Positions 61,878 to 64,000 of a stretch of DNA of 64,000 bases are shown piece by piece. The stretch is taken from contig OZ024750.1 of NCBI GenBank assembly GCA_964016885.1, positions 16,368,001 to 16,432,000 on the forward strand. The letters run 5' to 3'. Under the pieces are notes generated by a model. The model did no database searches and was not told the DNA's origin. It saw only the letters and a program-made list of their open reading frames with translations. The translations under genes and the position numbers were made by a program. Source of the stretch: Eledone cirrhosa (taxonomy: Eukaryota). Position 1 is the stretch's first letter. Each line of letters begins with the position of its first letter.

Positions 61878-62353
61878 ACATATATATGTGTATATATATA
61901 TATATATGCGTGTGTGTGTTTGTGTGTATATGTAAATGTGAATCAGTATGAATAACATGTTACCAAGTGATTAGAATTTAAAAGATAATAATATAAAGTC
62001 GCCATATTGGATTACTTCCTCTTGTACTTTATTTTATTTCATTTTTATTTTAGGATCTTTTCCTTTCTTTGTATTCATTTATTCTTTCAATCTTTTATTA
62101 TTTTATTCTTTTATACTGTTAATTCTATGTTCTATTTCCCCTACCCTTAATTTTTCACCTAGATTTTATGTTTATGATACCCCCTAAAATTTTGCCATTT
62201 ATTTATTTATCTGCTGCCGTGGTTAGTCATTTCCTTTCAGGCTTTAGATTAACAAAAAAATTGCAGTGATTACGTCATAGATGACGTCACGGCTCCAGTT
62301 TTAACGATAAAGAGTTTTATTTTTTATTTTCAATTTTTTATATTAATTCCCTT

Positions 62354-64000
<1,647 letters not shown>

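Overview
This is AT-rich, repeat-saturated eukaryotic non-coding DNA (intronic or intergenic). The SINE families and the extreme (TA)n, (CA)n, (GAA)n and (GATA)n density resemble an octopus/cephalopod genome; that assignment is an inference and was not verified. No host protein-coding gene can be supported, and nearly all ORF-track entries are microsatellite translations. Recognisable content: about 25 copies or fragments of a tRNA-derived SINE, about 9 of a second CORE-type SINE, decayed RTE and CR1 LINE fragments, several MITEs, a 40-bp minisatellite, a 50-copy 85-bp SINE-derived satellite with higher-order structure, and a 615-bp tandem duplication. The most striking signal is a population of short, ORF-less inserts sitting in (TA)n tracts. 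They often form head-to-head fold-backs and carry minimal type I hammerhead ribozyme (HHR) motifs (stem I-CUGANGA-stem II-GAAA-short, often palindromic loop-UH-stem I), the hallmark of Penelope-like element termini and retrozymes. Eight HHR loci from several divergent families share an unusual covarying stem II signature (U at 11.1 and a C.C or C.U mismatch at the 4th pair), and most also share flanking motifs GGTATGTCA and GAGTGCT.
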